A stretch of DNA of 64,000 nt, taken from positions 64,001-128,000 of the forward strand of contig CAVONQ010000010.1 in assembly GCA_963697335.1 (NCBI GenBank). The letters are read 5' to 3'. This document shows, in pieces, positions 29,753-41,919 of this stretch (its first letter is position 1; each line of letters starts with the position of its first letter). A program made the position numbers and the translations under genes. The DNA comes from an uncultured cyanobacterium (GTDB lineage: Bacteria > Cyanobacteriota > Cyanobacteriia > PCC-6307 > Cyanobiaceae). The notes below the pieces were generated by a model. The model had not been told where the DNA came from. It did no database searches and was given only the letters and a program-made list of their open reading frames with translations.

Positions 29753-31581
29753 TGCCTGGTGGTGTCGATGGCGAGTTCGGGGTGGGTGGGGAGCCCCACC
29801 ATCTGGGCATTACTGGCGCCCGGAGGAACCATCGGGTAGCAGTTCTCATTGCGGCGCACCTTCACGTCGATGAAGGCCGGGCCGGGGTGCTCCAGGGCTT
29901 CCCGGAGCTGCTGGTGCAGGCTGGAGCGCTCCGTGATCAACACGCCGCGCACTCCGAAAGACTCGGCCAGGGCCTCGAAGTTGGGCATCCCGCCGGTCAT
30001 CTCGGAGGCTGAATAGCGCTCGTCGTAGAAGCTCTCCTGCCACTGGCGCACCATGCCCTGCCAGCCGTTGTTGATCACCACCACCTTCACGGCCAGGTTG
30101 TACTGGGCCAGAGTGCCCAGTTCCTGGATGTTCATCAGAATGGATGCATCGCCAGCCACGCAGATCACCTGCTGGTCGGGGAAGGCGGTCTGCACGCCCA
30201 TGGCGGCAGGCATGCCGTAGCCCATGGTGCCGAGGCCGGCGCTGCTGATCCAGCGGCGCGGACCGTTGTGCAGGTACTGGGCCGCCCACATCTGATGCTG
30301 GCCCACATCGGTGGTGAAGTAGGCACTGGGGGCCAGCTCCTGCAGGGCGATGATCACCTCCTGGGGAGCGATCTCACCCTCTGGTGTCGGCGTGACCAGG
30401 GGGTAGTGGTGCTTCCAGCTGTCGATGCGCTCCAGCCAGGCCTCGGTGCGGCCCTGGGAGCGGTCGGTGCCGGAGCCGTCCACACCGGCGGCCTGGAGCA
30501 GACCTTCGAGCACCTGGCGCACGTCGCCCACCAGGGGCACATCGGGCACCCGGGTCTTGCCCACCTCAGCGGCGTCGATGTCGATGTGGATCACCTGGGC
30601 CCGGGGCGCGAAGCCATCGAGCCTGCCGGTCACCCGGTCATCGAAGCGAGCGCCGGTGGCGATCAGCAGATCGCATTCGGTCACGGCGAAGTTGGCGTAG
30701 GCGGTGCCGTGCATGCCGAGCATGCCCACGGCCAGGGGGTGGGTCTCATCGAAGGCCCCCTTGCCCATCAAGGTGGTGGTGACGGGCAGCCGGAAGGCCT
30801 CCGCCAGCTGGCGCACCTGGTCGTGGGCGCCGCTGCTGATGGCTCCACCGCCCACGTAGAGCAGGGGGCGGCGGGCCTGACGGATCAGCTCCAGGGCCTG
30901 GTGGATCCGCTCCGGATCGGGCCGGGGGGGCAGGCGGAAGCCCGCCGGAATGGCCGTGCCTGGCTCCACGGGCACGTAGTCGAACTGTTCGGCACCCACG
31001 TCCTTGGGCACGTCGATCAGCACCGGACCGGGGCGCCCGGTGGCGGCGATGAAGAAGGCCTCCGCCACGATGCGGCCGATGTCGCGGGGGTCGCGCACGA
31101 CCCAGGAGTGCTTCACGATCGGCAGCGTGATGCCGAAGATGTCGGTCTCCTGGAAGGCGTCGGTGCCGATCGAGGCCCGTGGCACCTGGCCTGTGATCAC
31201 CACCATGGGCACGGAGTCCATGTGGGCGGTGGCGATGCCCGTGACCAGGTTGGTGGCCCCGGGCCCGGAGGTGCCGAAGCACACGCCCACCTTGCCGGTG
31301 GCGCGGGCGTAGCCATCGGCGGCATGGGTGCCCCCCTGCTCGTGGCGCACCAGGATGTGCTTGAGCCAGCCGCGGCTCTCCGCCTGGTGCAGTTCGTCGT
31401 AGATGGGCAGGATCGCCCCACCGGGGTAGCCGAAGATGTGCTCCACCCCATGGCGGTGCAGGGCATCCATCAGGGCATAGCCGCCTGTCACCCGCTGGCT
31501 CAACTGGGGGCCTTCACTCACGGCCATCCCGGCCGGGGCGGGAGCGGACTGGGCCGCGGAGCTGAGGGGCGTAAGCGTCAC
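29683..31581 (-). CDS. ilvB: Acetolactate synthase large subunit
   Basis: [43 protein letters not shown] 31581 inferred. Confidence 0.97.
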   Translation of the reverse strand: MTLTPLSSAAQSAPAPAGMAVSEGPQLSQRVTGGYALMDALHRHGVEHIFGYPGGAILPIYDELHQAESRGWLKHILVRHEQGGTHAADGYARATGKVGVCFGTSGPGATNLVTGIATAHMDSVPMVVITGQVPRASIGTDAFQETDIFGITLPIVKHSWVVRDPRDIGRIVAEAFFIAATGRPGPVLIDVPKDVGAEQFDYVPVEPGTAIPAGFRLPPRPDPERIHQALELIRQARRPLLYVGGGAISSGAHDQVRQLAEAFRLPVTTTLMGKGAFDETHPLAVGMLGMHGTAYANFAVTECDLLIATGARFDDRVTGRLDGFAPRAQVIHIDIDAAEVGKTRVPDVPLVGDVRQVLEGLLQAAGVDGSGTDRSQGRTEAWLERIDSWKHHYPLVTPTPEGEIAPQEVIIALQELAPSAYFTTDVGQHQMWAAQYLHNGPRRWISSAGLGTMGYGMPAAMGVQTAFPDQQVICVAGDASILMNIQELGTLAQYNLAVKVVVINNGWQGMVRQWQESFYDERYSASEMTGGMPNFEALAESFGVRGVLITERSSLHQQLREALEHPGPAFIDVKVRRNENCYPMVPPGASNAQMVGLPTHPELAIDTTRQCNSCGISTASDHRFCPSCGAKL

Positions 31582-31609
31582 GGCTGCAGCAGGCCCACCA
31601 ATGGGGCCA

Positions 31610-32161
31610 CTATCGGACACCAGCAACCCTAGGTGCTGCTGCGGTTTTTGGAGCTTGTCTGGCCCGGGCCATGGCCCGCAACACCTGGGCTGGATCGATC
31701 CAGCGCCCGCCGTGGCGCAACCCCCAGTGCAGGTGGGGGCCGGTGGTGCTGCCGCTCATCCCCACGTGGCCGATCACCTGGGCGGTGCGCACGCCCTGCC
31801 CCAGCCTGAGCTGCACGGCGCCACTGCGGTAGGAGCCCCCTGAGCCGCGGCCAGCCAGGTGGCAATAGATGTGCTCATAGGCCCCGGAGCGGATCACCAG
31901 GCCCACGCCGCAGCCACCGTCGTTGATCACGTCCTTCACCACGCCTCCCCACCAGCTGCGCACCGGGGAGCCCAGGGGGGCGGCGATGTCCAGACCGTAG
32001 TGGGGGCGCCTGTCGCCGCCCAGCGGGTGCACGCGCATGCCGAAGGCGCTGGTGTAGCCAGCGAAGCTGGCCACCGGGAAGGCCCCGAGCCGCCAGCTGT
32101 CGGCACGGGCGGCGGGCAGGCCAGCCAGCAGGGGTGCCAGCAGCAGGGCCACAGCCGCCAT
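31610..32161 (-). CDS. M23 family metallopeptidase
   Basis: [20 protein letters not shown]; signal peptide; start uncertain. Confidence 0.9.
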   Translation of the reverse strand: MAAVALLLAPLLAGLPAARADSWRLGAFPVASFAGYTSAFGMRVHPLGGDRRPHYGLDIAAPLGSPVRSWWGGVVKDVINDGGCGVGLVIRSGAYEHIYCHLAGRGSGGSYRSGAVQLRLGQGVRTAQVIGHVGMSGSTTGPHLHWGLRHGGRWIDPAQVLRAMARARQAPKTAAAPRVAGVR

Positions 32162-32171
32162 GGCCCGGCGC

Positions 32172-33347
32172 TCAGAGCAGCCCCAGGGCATGCAGAGGTC
32201 CTCGTCCACTGAGCAGTTCCACCAGGAAGGCCGAGAACCCCACCATGGCCAGCCTGCCGTTCCACACCTCAGAGCTGTTGTTCCAGCCCCAGGCCCACTT
32301 GTCCTGGGGATAGAGCTTCACCTTGGTGGGCAGGGCGGCCGCCTGATCCAGGTTCACCTCCGGGCCCTCCAGGGCATGCTGCACCAGGTCGGCGAGGCCG
32401 GTGATGAAGGCTGGCGTGGTGTCCAGGGCCGGGACCCGCCGGAAGTTGGTGATGCCCGCCTCAGTGGCGATCTCGCGGTATTCGATATCGATCTCTTCGA
32501 GGGTCTCGATGTGCTCGCTCACGAAGCTGATCGGCACCACCACCAGATCCTTCACCCCCTGCGCCCCGAGATCTTCGAGGGCCTCATCGGTGTAGGGCCG
32601 CAGCCATTCCACCGGCCCGACCCGGCTCTGATAGGCCAGGGTGGAGGGGTTGGCATGGCCCAAGTCGGCTTCCAGCTTGGCCATGATCAGCTCGGCGCAG
32701 GCTTCGATTTCCCGCTGGTAGGGATCCCCGGCCTCGGCCACGTAGCTCTTGGGCACACCATGGGCGCTGAAGAACACGTGGGCAGTGGCCGGCTCGGGGC
32801 ACTGGTTGATCTCCTTCGCGATCAGCCCAGCCATGGCGCTGATGTAGCCGGGGTCGTCGAAATAGCTGCGGATGCAGCGGATCGGCAGCCGCTCGAAGCC
32901 AGGGTCAGCCTGGCGCAGGCGTTTGAGCTCGCGGAAGCTGGAGCCGCTGGTGCTGATTGAAAAGTGGGGGTAGAGGGGCAGCACCACCACCTCATCCACG
33001 CCGTCGGCCTTGATGTCGGCCACGGCCGACTCGGTGAAGGGATGCCAGTAGCGCATCGCCACGTAGCTGGTGGCCTCGATGCCGCGCTGGCGCAGGCTGC
33101 TCTGCAGCTCACGCGCCTGCTGCTCGGTGATGCGACGCAGGGGCGAGCCACCACCGATGGAGCGGTAGGCCTCCTGGGACTTGCCGGCCCGCAGGCTGCT
33201 GATCAGCCAGGCCAGGGGCTTCTGCAGGGCAGGATTGGGCAGCCGGATGATCTCCGGGTCGGAAAAGAGGTTATACAGAAACGGCCCCACGTCCTGGATC
33301 CGCTCGGGACCCCCGAGGTTCAGCAGCAGCACGCCAACCTTGGCCAT
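32172..33347 (-). CDS. hemH: Ferrochelatase with C-terminal CAB domain
   Basis: [40 protein letters not shown]. Confidence 0.98.
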   Translation of the reverse strand: MAKVGVLLLNLGGPERIQDVGPFLYNLFSDPEIIRLPNPALQKPLAWLISSLRAGKSQEAYRSIGGGSPLRRITEQQARELQSSLRQRGIEATSYVAMRYWHPFTESAVADIKADGVDEVVVLPLYPHFSISTSGSSFRELKRLRQADPGFERLPIRCIRSYFDDPGYISAMAGLIAKEINQCPEPATAHVFFSAHGVPKSYVAEAGDPYQREIEACAELIMAKLEADLGHANPSTLAYQSRVGPVEWLRPYTDEALEDLGAQGVKDLVVVPISFVSEHIETLEEIDIEYREIATEAGITNFRRVPALDTTPAFITGLADLVQHALEGPEVNLDQAAALPTKVKLYPQDKWAWGWNNSSEVWNGRLAMVGFSAFLVELLSGRGPLHALGLL

Positions 33348-33488
33348 GCCTTCTGTTCCGTACGGCGTGATGGCCGTGAGCGTAACGCTGCAGGCCTGGC
33401 CCTAGCGGTGCTCGAAAGGCATCGATAGGGTCGGCCCAGTCTGCGCCGCAGCTCTCGCGCCCCGATCCGCTGCCCCTGTGAATCTCCC

Positions 33489-34715
33489 GTGAGCGCCGCC
33501 ATGAGCCCCTCTGGGGGCCCGGCTGGAACCGACGCTGCCCTGGCCACGGCCGCCCTGATCAGCCAGCACAATCGGCGCCTGGCGGCCGCTGGCCTGAGGC
33601 TGAGGCTGGAGATGCGCGGCGGCAAGCTCAGCCTGCGGGGCCCCCTGCCCTGCCGCAGCGGGGCGGGCCAGCAGCGGGTGCAGCGGCTGAGCCTGGCCCT
33701 GCCCGCCACGGCGGCCGGGGTGGCGGAGGCCCTCGAAAAGCTGCGGGAGGTGCAGCGCCAGCTGGAGCTGGGCCATTTCGACTGGGCCCGCTGGAGCCGG
33801 CGCCCGGCGGAGCGGCCCGCCAAGCCCGCCTTGGCTGGGGATGCCGGCAGCTGGCAGGCGCAGGTGCAGGCCTTCCAGCAGGCCTTCTTCGCCGATCCGC
33901 GCCGGCGCCTCAACCCCGCCGGCAGTCGCACCACCTGGAGTGCCGCCTATCGCCCCTACCTGCGGCGGTTGCTCCAGCTGAGCTCCGAAGCGCCTGGAGC
34001 CGGCAGCGAGAGCCTGTTGCGCCGCACCCTCGAGAGCTACGCCCCGGGCAGCCGCAGCCGTCAGCAGTGCGGCACGGCCCTGGCCGCCCTGGCCCGCGAG
34101 CGCCAGCTGGTGCTGCCCCTGGACTGGGCCGCCCAGGCCAGCGGCTATGGGCTGCACCTGGCCCGCTTCCGCCAGCTGCCCAGCGACGCCGAGATCCTGG
34201 GGTTGCTGGAGCGGATCCCCAACCCAGGCTGGCGGCTGGTGTACGGGCTGCTGGCCACCTACGGCCTGCGCAACCACGAGGCCTTCTTCGCCGATCTCTC
34301 CGCCCTGGCCCCGGGGGCTGACCGGGTGATCCGGGTGCTGCCCACCAGCAAGACCGGGGAGCACCAGGTGTGGCCGTTTCAGCCGCACTGGGTGGATCAC
34401 TTCGGCCTGGCGGCCCTTGCTGGCGGAGCCGCCGCCCTGCCGCCGGTGTCCACAGACCTGGGGCGCACCACCCTGCAGCAGGTGGGCCGGCGGGTGGCGG
34501 AGCAGTTCCGGCGTTATGAGCTGCCGATCACCCCCTACGACCTGCGCCACGCCTGGGCCGTGCGCACGATCCACATCGGCTTGCCCGACACCGTGGCGGC
34601 CCGGATGATGGGCCATTCCGTGGCGATCCACACCCGCACCTACCACCACTGGATCACCCGCCGCGACCAGCAGCAGGCCGTCGATGCGGCCCTGGCCCGG
34701 CGCCCCGGCGCCTGA
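33489..34715 (+). CDS. Tyrosine recombinase / site-specific integrase family protein
   Basis: TYGLRNHE (R), SKTG (K), YDLRHAW, MMGHS, HTRTYH (Y). Confidence 0.9.
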   Translation: MSAAMSPSGGPAGTDAALATAALISQHNRRLAAAGLRLRLEMRGGKLSLRGPLPCRSGAGQQRVQRLSLALPATAAGVAEALEKLREVQRQLELGHFDWARWSRRPAERPAKPALAGDAGSWQAQVQAFQQAFFADPRRRLNPAGSRTTWSAAYRPYLRRLLQLSSEAPGAGSESLLRRTLESYAPGSRSRQQCGTALAALARERQLVLPLDWAAQASGYGLHLARFRQLPSDAEILGLLERIPNPGWRLVYGLLATYGLRNHEAFFADLSALAPGADRVIRVLPTSKTGEHQVWPFQPHWVDHFGLAALAGGAAALPPVSTDLGRTTLQQVGRRVAEQFRRYELPITPYDLRHAWAVRTIHIGLPDTVAARMMGHSVAIHTRTYHHWITRRDQQQAVDAALARRPGA

Positions 34716-34788
34716 ATGGGCCCGCCCAGCCGGGCTGTGGGCGGGTCAGAGTGGCGCGGCGCCGTCTCCCGTTCCCCGCTCCCCGCCG

Positions 34789-35454
34789 ATGCCGGATTCC
34801 AGCCTCGATCAGATCGCCCAGGACCTTGGCCCCGGCGGCGCCCTCGCCCCCGAGCCGGACCAGGAGGGCTACCAGCGCCGCATGGCCCGCCGTAAGGAGG
34901 TGCAGCAGCAGCGGGTGGGGGAGCGCTCCCTGGAGAAGGGGCTGGTGCTGGTGTTCACCGGCCAGGGCAAGGGCAAGACCACGGCGGCCCTCGGCCTGGT
35001 GCTGCGCACCCTGGGTCATGACGAGAAGGTGGCGGTGGTGCAGTTCATCAAGGGCGGCTGGCAGCCCGGGGAGGCCCGGGCCCTGGCCGTGTTCGGAGAG
35101 GCCCTGCACTGGCATGCCCTCGGCGAGGGCTTCACCTGGGAAACCCAGGACCGGGAGCGCGACCGGGCCCTGGTGCAGAGGGCCTGGGAGCGCTCCTGCG
35201 CCTACCTCGCGGATCCCGAGCGCAAGCTGGTGGTGCTCGATGAGGTGAACGTGGCCCTCAAGCTGGGTTACCTGGCGGTGGACCAGTTGCTGGAGGGCCT
35301 GGCCCTGCGGCCGCCCCTCACCCACGTCGCCCTCACCGGACGCGGAGCCCCGGCGGAGCTGCTGGAGCGGGCCGATCTGGTCACCGAGATGACCCTGGTG
35401 CGCCATCCGTTCCGCGAGCAGGGCGTCAAGGCCCAGGCCGGCATCGAATACTGA
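34789..35454 (+). CDS. cobO: Cob(I)yrinic acid a,c-diamide adenosyltransferase
   Basis: TGQGKGKTTAALG, QFIKG, VLDEVN, TGRGAP, AQAGIEY. Confidence 0.95.
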   Translation: MPDSSLDQIAQDLGPGGALAPEPDQEGYQRRMARRKEVQQQRVGERSLEKGLVLVFTGQGKGKTTAALGLVLRTLGHDEKVAVVQFIKGGWQPGEARALAVFGEALHWHALGEGFTWETQDRERDRALVQRAWERSCAYLADPERKLVVLDEVNVALKLGYLAVDQLLEGLALRPPLTHVALTGRGAPAELLERADLVTEMTLVRHPFREQGVKAQAGIEY

Positions 35455-35493
35455 AGTCGGCAGTGATGCTGCCAGACAAGCCGCTGGGCCAGA

Positions 35494-36520
<1,027 letters not shown>

Positions 36521-36604
36521 CGCGCCCTGGCTCAGCCGTGAGTACTCTCCCCACGGTTCTCGATCAGCGACTCCGCCAGCCCCAGCCATCCCGCAGCACC
36601 CGCC

Positions 36605-37144
36605 ATGGACCTCGAAGCCAGCATGCGCAAGTCGGTGGATGCCGCTCTGCGCAACTTCAACACCATCCGCACCGGCAGGGCCAACCCCTCCCTCCTCGAC
36701 AAGATCAGCGTGGAGTACTACGGCGCTGAAACGCCGCTCAAATCCCTCGCCAGCCTCTCCACCCCCGACTCCCAGACCATTCAGATCCAGCCCTTCGACA
36801 TGGGCGCCATGGGGCTGATCGAAAAGGCGATCTCGATGAGCGATCTGGGCCTTACCTGCAACAACGACGGCCGCCTGATCCGCATCAACATCCCCCCCCT
36901 CACCGAAGACCGGCGCAAGGAGCTCTGCAAGATCGCGGCCAAGTACGCCGAGGAGGGCAAGGTGGCCCTGCGCAACAACCGGCGCGATGGCATCGACCGG
37001 ATCAAGAAGCAGGAGAAGGACGGCGACCTCTCCGAGGACCAGAGCCGCGACGAGCAGGACAAGGTGCAGAAGTTGACCGACCGGTTCATCGCCGAACTGG
37101 AGAAGCATCTGGCTGAGAAGGAAGCCGAAATCCTCAAGGTGTGA
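36605..37144 (+). CDS. frr: Ribosome recycling factor
   Basis: [24 protein letters not shown]. Confidence 0.97.
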   Translation: MDLEASMRKSVDAALRNFNTIRTGRANPSLLDKISVEYYGAETPLKSLASLSTPDSQTIQIQPFDMGAMGLIEKAISMSDLGLTCNNDGRLIRINIPPLTEDRRKELCKIAAKYAEEGKVALRNNRRDGIDRIKKQEKDGDLSEDQSRDEQDKVQKLTDRFIAELEKHLAEKEAEILKV

Positions 37145-37154
37145 GTGCTCCGCC

Positions 37155-38309
37155 GTGAGTCTCCTGGCGGGCTGCAGGCCCGAGGTGATCGTGGTGGGTG
37201 CCGGTGCCGCCGGCGCTGCGGCGGCTTTCCACCTTGCCCGGCTTGGCCGCGAGGTGCTGCTCCTCGACGGCGCCGCCTTCCCACGCAACAAGCCCTGTGG
37301 CGGGGGCATGGCGGCCTCGGTGCAGCGCTGGTTCCCCTTCGATCTGAGCCCCGCCGTCGACACCGTGATCGAGCGGGTGAGGTTCACCTGGGCCCTGCAG
37401 GATCCAGTGCTGGCGGAGCTGCCGGGGGAGTCGCCCTTCTGGATCGTGCGCCGCTCCCGCCTGGATGCCTTCCTTACTGAACAGGGTGTGGAGGCTGGCG
37501 TGCGCTTTCAACCCAGCACCAAGGTGGGCAGCCTCAGGCCCGTACCGGGGGGCTGGCGCGTGGAGGTGGAGGGCCCTGATGGAGTGCCGCTGAGCCTGCA
37601 GGCCAGGGCTGTGGTGGTGGCCGATGGCTCCGGTTCGCGGCTGGCCGGCCCCCTGGGTCTGGGTCCGCGGCGGCCCCGCTTCGCCTCCACCGTGTCGGTG
37701 GAGCTGGAGGGGGAGGTGAGCGACCCGGCGGCGGCCCGCTTTGATTTCGGCCTGGTGCGCCAGGGGTTCTGCTGGGCCTTCCCGCGTCAGGGGGGCTACA
37801 GCATCGGCCTCGGCACCTTCGTGGGACGCGACCCGGTGGCGGCCGAAGCCGTGTTGTCACGCCTGTTGCCCAGCCTCGGTTTTGCCCCAGGGGACGGCGT
37901 GCGCAGCGCCGGCCAGCTGCGGCTCTGGGATGGCCACCACGCCCTGCATGGCGATGGGGTGGTACTGGCCGGCGATGCGGCCTCCCTGTGCGATCCCTTC
38001 CTGGCCGAGGGGCTGCGGCCGGCCCTGCTCAGCGGCTGCGAGGCCGCCTTCGCCGTCGATCGCTGGCTCGGAGGAGAGGCCGGGGCTCTGGCGGCCTACA
38101 GCGTCGCCATGCGGCGCGAGTGGGGTGAGTCGATGGCCTGGGGCCGGCGCATGGCCCAGGTGTTCTACCGGGTGCCCCGGGTGGGCTATCAGCTCGGCAT
38201 CAAGCGCCCCACGGCGCCGCGGCGTATCGCCCAGATCCTCTCCGGGGAGATGGGCTATGGCGACATCGCCCAGCGGGTGATCCGCCGACTGCTGCTGCGC
38301 AAGAGCTGA
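37155..38309 (+). CDS. Geranylgeranyl reductase family FAD-dependent oxidoreductase
   Basis: VVGAGAAG, PRNKPCGGG, GDAASLCDPFLAEG. Confidence 0.88.
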   Translation: MSLLAGCRPEVIVVGAGAAGAAAAFHLARLGREVLLLDGAAFPRNKPCGGGMAASVQRWFPFDLSPAVDTVIERVRFTWALQDPVLAELPGESPFWIVRRSRLDAFLTEQGVEAGVRFQPSTKVGSLRPVPGGWRVEVEGPDGVPLSLQARAVVVADGSGSRLAGPLGLGPRRPRFASTVSVELEGEVSDPAAARFDFGLVRQGFCWAFPRQGGYSIGLGTFVGRDPVAAEAVLSRLLPSLGFAPGDGVRSAGQLRLWDGHHALHGDGVVLAGDAASLCDPFLAEGLRPALLSGCEAAFAVDRWLGGEAGALAAYSVAMRREWGESMAWGRRMAQVFYRVPRVGYQLGIKRPTAPRRIAQILSGEMGYGDIAQRVIRRLLLRKS

Positions 38310-38320
38310 AGCCGGCAAAC

Positions 38321-38698
38321 TCAGATCCGGGTGCAGTCCTTGAGTTGGCGCAGGCGCTTGTCGATGGAGCCCAGCAGCTCGATGGCGAACATCGGTGATT
38401 CCTGGACGGCGAACAGAAACTTCTCGCGGTTCATGACCAGCAGCCGGCAAGGGGTGAGGGCCCGGGCATTGCCGTAGCGGCGGTGCTCACTGGTGACCAG
38501 GGCGCCAGCCCCAAACACATCGCCGGCATTGATCTGTTCATGGCCCTGGTCACCGTTCCAGGTGAGCTCAACGCGCCCCTCCAGGAGGCCGAACATGCAG
38601 TCGCCGGATTCGCCCGAGCCGAAGATCAGGGAACCGGGCTCAACGCTGACCACCTCGCCGGTGCTGGCGAGGGCGCGCATGGTGCGAAGGGCGTTCAA
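38321..38698 (-). CDS. Stand-alone cyclic nucleotide-binding domain protein
   Basis: IFGSGESGDCMFGLLEGRV, GDVFGAGAL, RYGNARA; no HTH. Confidence 0.85.
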   Translation of the reverse strand: MNALRTMRALASTGEVVSVEPGSLIFGSGESGDCMFGLLEGRVELTWNGDQGHEQINAGDVFGAGALVTSEHRRYGNARALTPCRLLVMNREKFLFAVQESPMFAIELLGSIDKRLRQLKDCTRI

Positions 38699-38756
38699 TC
38701 AGCTGGCTCCATGGTGCGGCGGCACCAGTCTGCCCCGTGGGGGAAGGGCATCGTGC

Positions 38757-39929
38757 TCAGCGACCGGCCAGGGCCAGGGCCGCCCCGAGGCCGCCGCGCA
38801 CATCCTCAGGGGCCAGCCGACCGTCCTTGTCGGTGTCGAGGGCGTCGAAGACGGCATCGCTGCCGAGCCACTCCTCGCGGGTGATGCAGCCGTCCCCGTC
38901 CAGATCATTGAGCAGGAAAATCTCATGCACCGCATGGCCGAAGGCGGCACCTCCCTCGAGCTCCCCCAGCCGATGGGCCAACTGGGCCTCCAGGGTTTCG
39001 ATCGCCTTGATGAAGCCGCCGATCCCTTCATCGAGCTTCTCGGTGGCCATGGGGTCCTCGGCCAGCATGGCCCGGTAGGCGGCCTCGTCGAGGTGCACCT
39101 GGGAGCGGGTCGGGGCCGGATCAAAGGCGTTGAGCTTGCGCTCCAGGGTGCCCTGGCTGCCGCGCAGCTGGGCCAGCAGGGCGGGGGAAATGGTGAGCAG
39201 GTCGCAGCCGGCCAGTTCGATGATCTCGTCGGTGTTGCGGAAGCTGGCTCCCATCACCTCGGTCTTGTAGCCGTAGGTCTTGTAGTAGTTGAAGATCTCC
39301 GTCACCGACACCACGCCCGGATCCTCGGGGCCGGGATAGCTGTCGCGACCGGTGCTCTTCTTGTACCAGTCGAGGATGCGGCCCACGAATGGGGAGATCA
39401 GGGTGACGCCAGCCTCGGCGCAGGCCACGGCCTGGGCAAAGGAGAACAGCAGGGTGAGGTTGCAGTGGATGCCCTCCTGTTCCAGGGCTTCGGCGGCCCG
39501 GATGCCCTCCCAGGTGGAGGCCACCTTGATCAGCACCCGGTCCTTGCCGATGCCGGCTTCGGCGTAGAGCTCGATCAGCCGCCGCGCCTTGGCGATCGTG
39601 GCCTCGGTGTCGTAGCTGAGGCGCGCGTCCACTTCGGTGGACACCCGGCCTGGCACGATCTTGAGGATCTCCTTGCCGAAGGTGACGCAGATCTCATCGA
39701 GGGCTTCGCGCACCACCGCGTCGGCACCGGCCTCGACACCCATCACCGCCCTCGACTCCCTCAGGGACCGGTCGATCAAGTCTTGATAGGTCGGGATCTG
39801 GGCCGCCGCCAGGATCAGGGAGGGGTTGGTGGTGGCATCCCGGGGCGTGAACTGCTGGATGGCCTCGATGTCGCCGGTGTCCGCGACCACCACGGTCATG
39901 GCGGACAGTTGGTCGAGCAGATTGGCCAT
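38757..39929 (-). CDS. tal: Transaldolase with C-terminal EF-hands
   Basis: [44 protein letters not shown] and DTDKDGRL. Confidence 0.97.
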   Translation of the reverse strand: MANLLDQLSAMTVVVADTGDIEAIQQFTPRDATTNPSLILAAAQIPTYQDLIDRSLRESRAVMGVEAGADAVVREALDEICVTFGKEILKIVPGRVSTEVDARLSYDTEATIAKARRLIELYAEAGIGKDRVLIKVASTWEGIRAAEALEQEGIHCNLTLLFSFAQAVACAEAGVTLISPFVGRILDWYKKSTGRDSYPGPEDPGVVSVTEIFNYYKTYGYKTEVMGASFRNTDEIIELAGCDLLTISPALLAQLRGSQGTLERKLNAFDPAPTRSQVHLDEAAYRAMLAEDPMATEKLDEGIGGFIKAIETLEAQLAHRLGELEGGAAFGHAVHEIFLLNDLDGDGCITREEWLGSDAVFDALDTDKDGRLAPEDVRGGLGAALALAGR

Positions 39930-40028
39930 GGAGGCTGGGTGCTGGTGCCTCTGCACGCTAGCCAGAACGCCGCTGGCGCCCCTCAAGGCCCGTGCTCCTT
40001 GCGTGAATGGCCACACAGCTGCGCCCGC

Positions 40029-41879
40029 TCACCCCGCGGCCGGGTTGGCCGCCTTGCTCGGGGTGGCGCCCAGGGCCTTGGGATCGGAGGGGGGCAGTTG
40101 CTCCAGCACCAGCAGGGCGTCGATGATCTTGCGGGCCACGGGGGCCGCCACGGTGGAGCCGTAGGTGTTGCCGCCCTTGGGCTCATCCACCACCACCAGC
40201 ACCACGTAGCGGGGATCGTCGATCGGCAGATGGCCCACGAAGCTGGTGATCAGGGCTCCAGGGATGTACACGCCGCGCTCGGCCTTCTGGGCGGTGCCGG
40301 TCTTGCCGCCGATCCGGTAGCCGGGGATGTGGATGCCCAGGCTCTTGCTGTTGGCCACCACGCTTTCCATCCAGCCCATCACCACTTTGGTGACCTCCGG
40401 ATCCAGCACCTGCAGGCCCCCACCGCCGGGAGCCGGCGCCAGGGCGTCGCCAGAGCGCAGGCCCCGGGTGATGTGGGGGCTCACCAGGCGGCCGCCGTTG
40501 GCGAGCATGGCGTGCAGCTGGGCCAGTTTCAGGGGAGTGAGCGAGAAGCCCTGGCCGAAGGCCGCCACGGCGGGCTCGATCGGATGGCTGATGAAGGTCT
40601 TGCGGTCCTTGAGTTCGCCTGCCACGGCGCCCGGCAGGTCGGTGTCGGGTCGCTCGTCGATGCCGATCGTGCTCAGCCACTGCCAGAAGCGCTCCCGCTT
40701 CACCTTGCCCATCGCCTTCACCATCGCCACGTTGCTGGAGGCCTCCAGCACCGTCGGGAAGTCAATCAGGCCGTTGCCCTGGCGGTTGTGGTTGAAGATC
40801 GGCCAGCCGCCGATGCTCAGGGAGCCGTTGTCGAACACCTTGCCGTCCGCCTGGATGGCCTTCTCCTGCAGGGCGAGGGCCAGGTTGATCGGCTTGAAGG
40901 TGGAGCCCGGCTCGTAGAGGTCCTGCACGGACCACTCGCGGAACAGGCCCGGCTTGTAGCTCCAGAACCGGTTGGGGTCGTAGGTGGGCACCGAGGCCAA
41001 CGCGAGCATCTCGCCATTGCGCACGTCCATCACCAGGGCGACGCCGCGCTTGGCCTTCCACTTGCTCACCTGATCTAGGAGAGCCTTCTGGGCCACCTGC
41101 TGCAGGCGGGCGTCGAGGGTGAGCTGGAGCCTGAGGTCGTCGCCGTAGAGGGAGCCGGCGGCCAGGCCCTCCGGCAGGGGAGTGCCATCGGCGCCGCGGC
41201 GCATCCGCAGGGTGGTCTCGTTGCGCTGCAGGTCGCTGTCGCGGCTCTGCTCGAGTCCCGCCTGGGGCACCCGTTCCAGGTTGAGGAAGCCCACCACATT
41301 GGCGAACAGGCTGCCCTGGGGATACACCCGCTGGGGGTAGGCCTCCAGATCGATGCCGCTGATGTTGAGCCGGCGGATGCGGTCGGCGGTTTCGGGATCG
41401 ATGTCAGTGCCGAGTTTCACGCCGCTGGGGCGGCCTGCCATCCTCTGCAGCAGGGTCTCGCTGGGCTGGGCCAGCACCGCGCCAAGGCGGCTGGCCACCT
41501 CGTCAGGACGGCGCAGCTTCTGGGGATCGTCGCCGGGAAAGTTGAAGTAGCGCGGGTGGGCCCAGAGCGTGAAGCGCTCCTCATCGAGGGCCACCAGGCG
41601 GCCGTTGCGATCCACGATCGTGCGGCGCTTGCCGAGCGGCGCCACCGACTGGGTCTGAATCGCCCGGGCCCGGTTCTGGAGGTTCTGGGTGTCGATCACC
41701 TGCAGCCAGGCCAGCCGCGCCCCCAGGCCCAGCAGACCCGCGCTCAGCAGGCCATAGACCAGCAGCAGGCGGTGGGTCGGCAGGGGCTGCATGGCCACCA
41801 CCCGTTCGGAGCGGGCAGGACGGCCAGGCCTGGCGGTGCGGGGCAGACGGGGGGTGTGGGGAGGGGCTTGCTGGGCCAT
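40029..41879 (-). CDS. ftsI: Class B penicillin-binding protein (FtsI-like)
   Basis: EPGSTFK (SxxK), SSN, KTGTAQ. Confidence 0.9.
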   Translation of the reverse strand: MAQQAPPHTPRLPRTARPGRPARSERVVAMQPLPTHRLLLVYGLLSAGLLGLGARLAWLQVIDTQNLQNRARAIQTQSVAPLGKRRTIVDRNGRLVALDEERFTLWAHPRYFNFPGDDPQKLRRPDEVASRLGAVLAQPSETLLQRMAGRPSGVKLGTDIDPETADRIRRLNISGIDLEAYPQRVYPQGSLFANVVGFLNLERVPQAGLEQSRDSDLQRNETTLRMRRGADGTPLPEGLAAGSLYGDDLRLQLTLDARLQQVAQKALLDQVSKWKAKRGVALVMDVRNGEMLALASVPTYDPNRFWSYKPGLFREWSVQDLYEPGSTFKPINLALALQEKAIQADGKVFDNGSLSIGGWPIFNHNRQGNGLIDFPTVLEASSNVAMVKAMGKVKRERFWQWLSTIGIDERPDTDLPGAVAGELKDRKTFISHPIEPAVAAFGQGFSLTPLKLAQLHAMLANGGRLVSPHITRGLRSGDALAPAPGGGGLQVLDPEVTKVVMGWMESVVANSKSLGIHIPGYRIGGKTGTAQKAERGVYIPGALITSFVGHLPIDDPRYVVLVVVDEPKGGNTYGSTVAAPVARKIIDALLVLEQLPPSDPKALGATPSKAANPAAG

Positions 41880-41919
41880 GGCTGGGGAGGGCCGACGGGG
41901 TGGGCTGCGGTCGGCGGAC

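Noticed and set aside
32172..32300. CAB/HLIP-like tail on ferrochelatase
   Set aside because: Well-established feature of cyanobacterial and plastid type II ferrochelatases
38493..41078. 861-aa + strand ORF and similar long antisense ORFs (51952-53991, 53679-55805, 59691-62021, 61319-63730)
   Set aside because: Shadow frames of well-supported genes, expected from high GC3 codon bias
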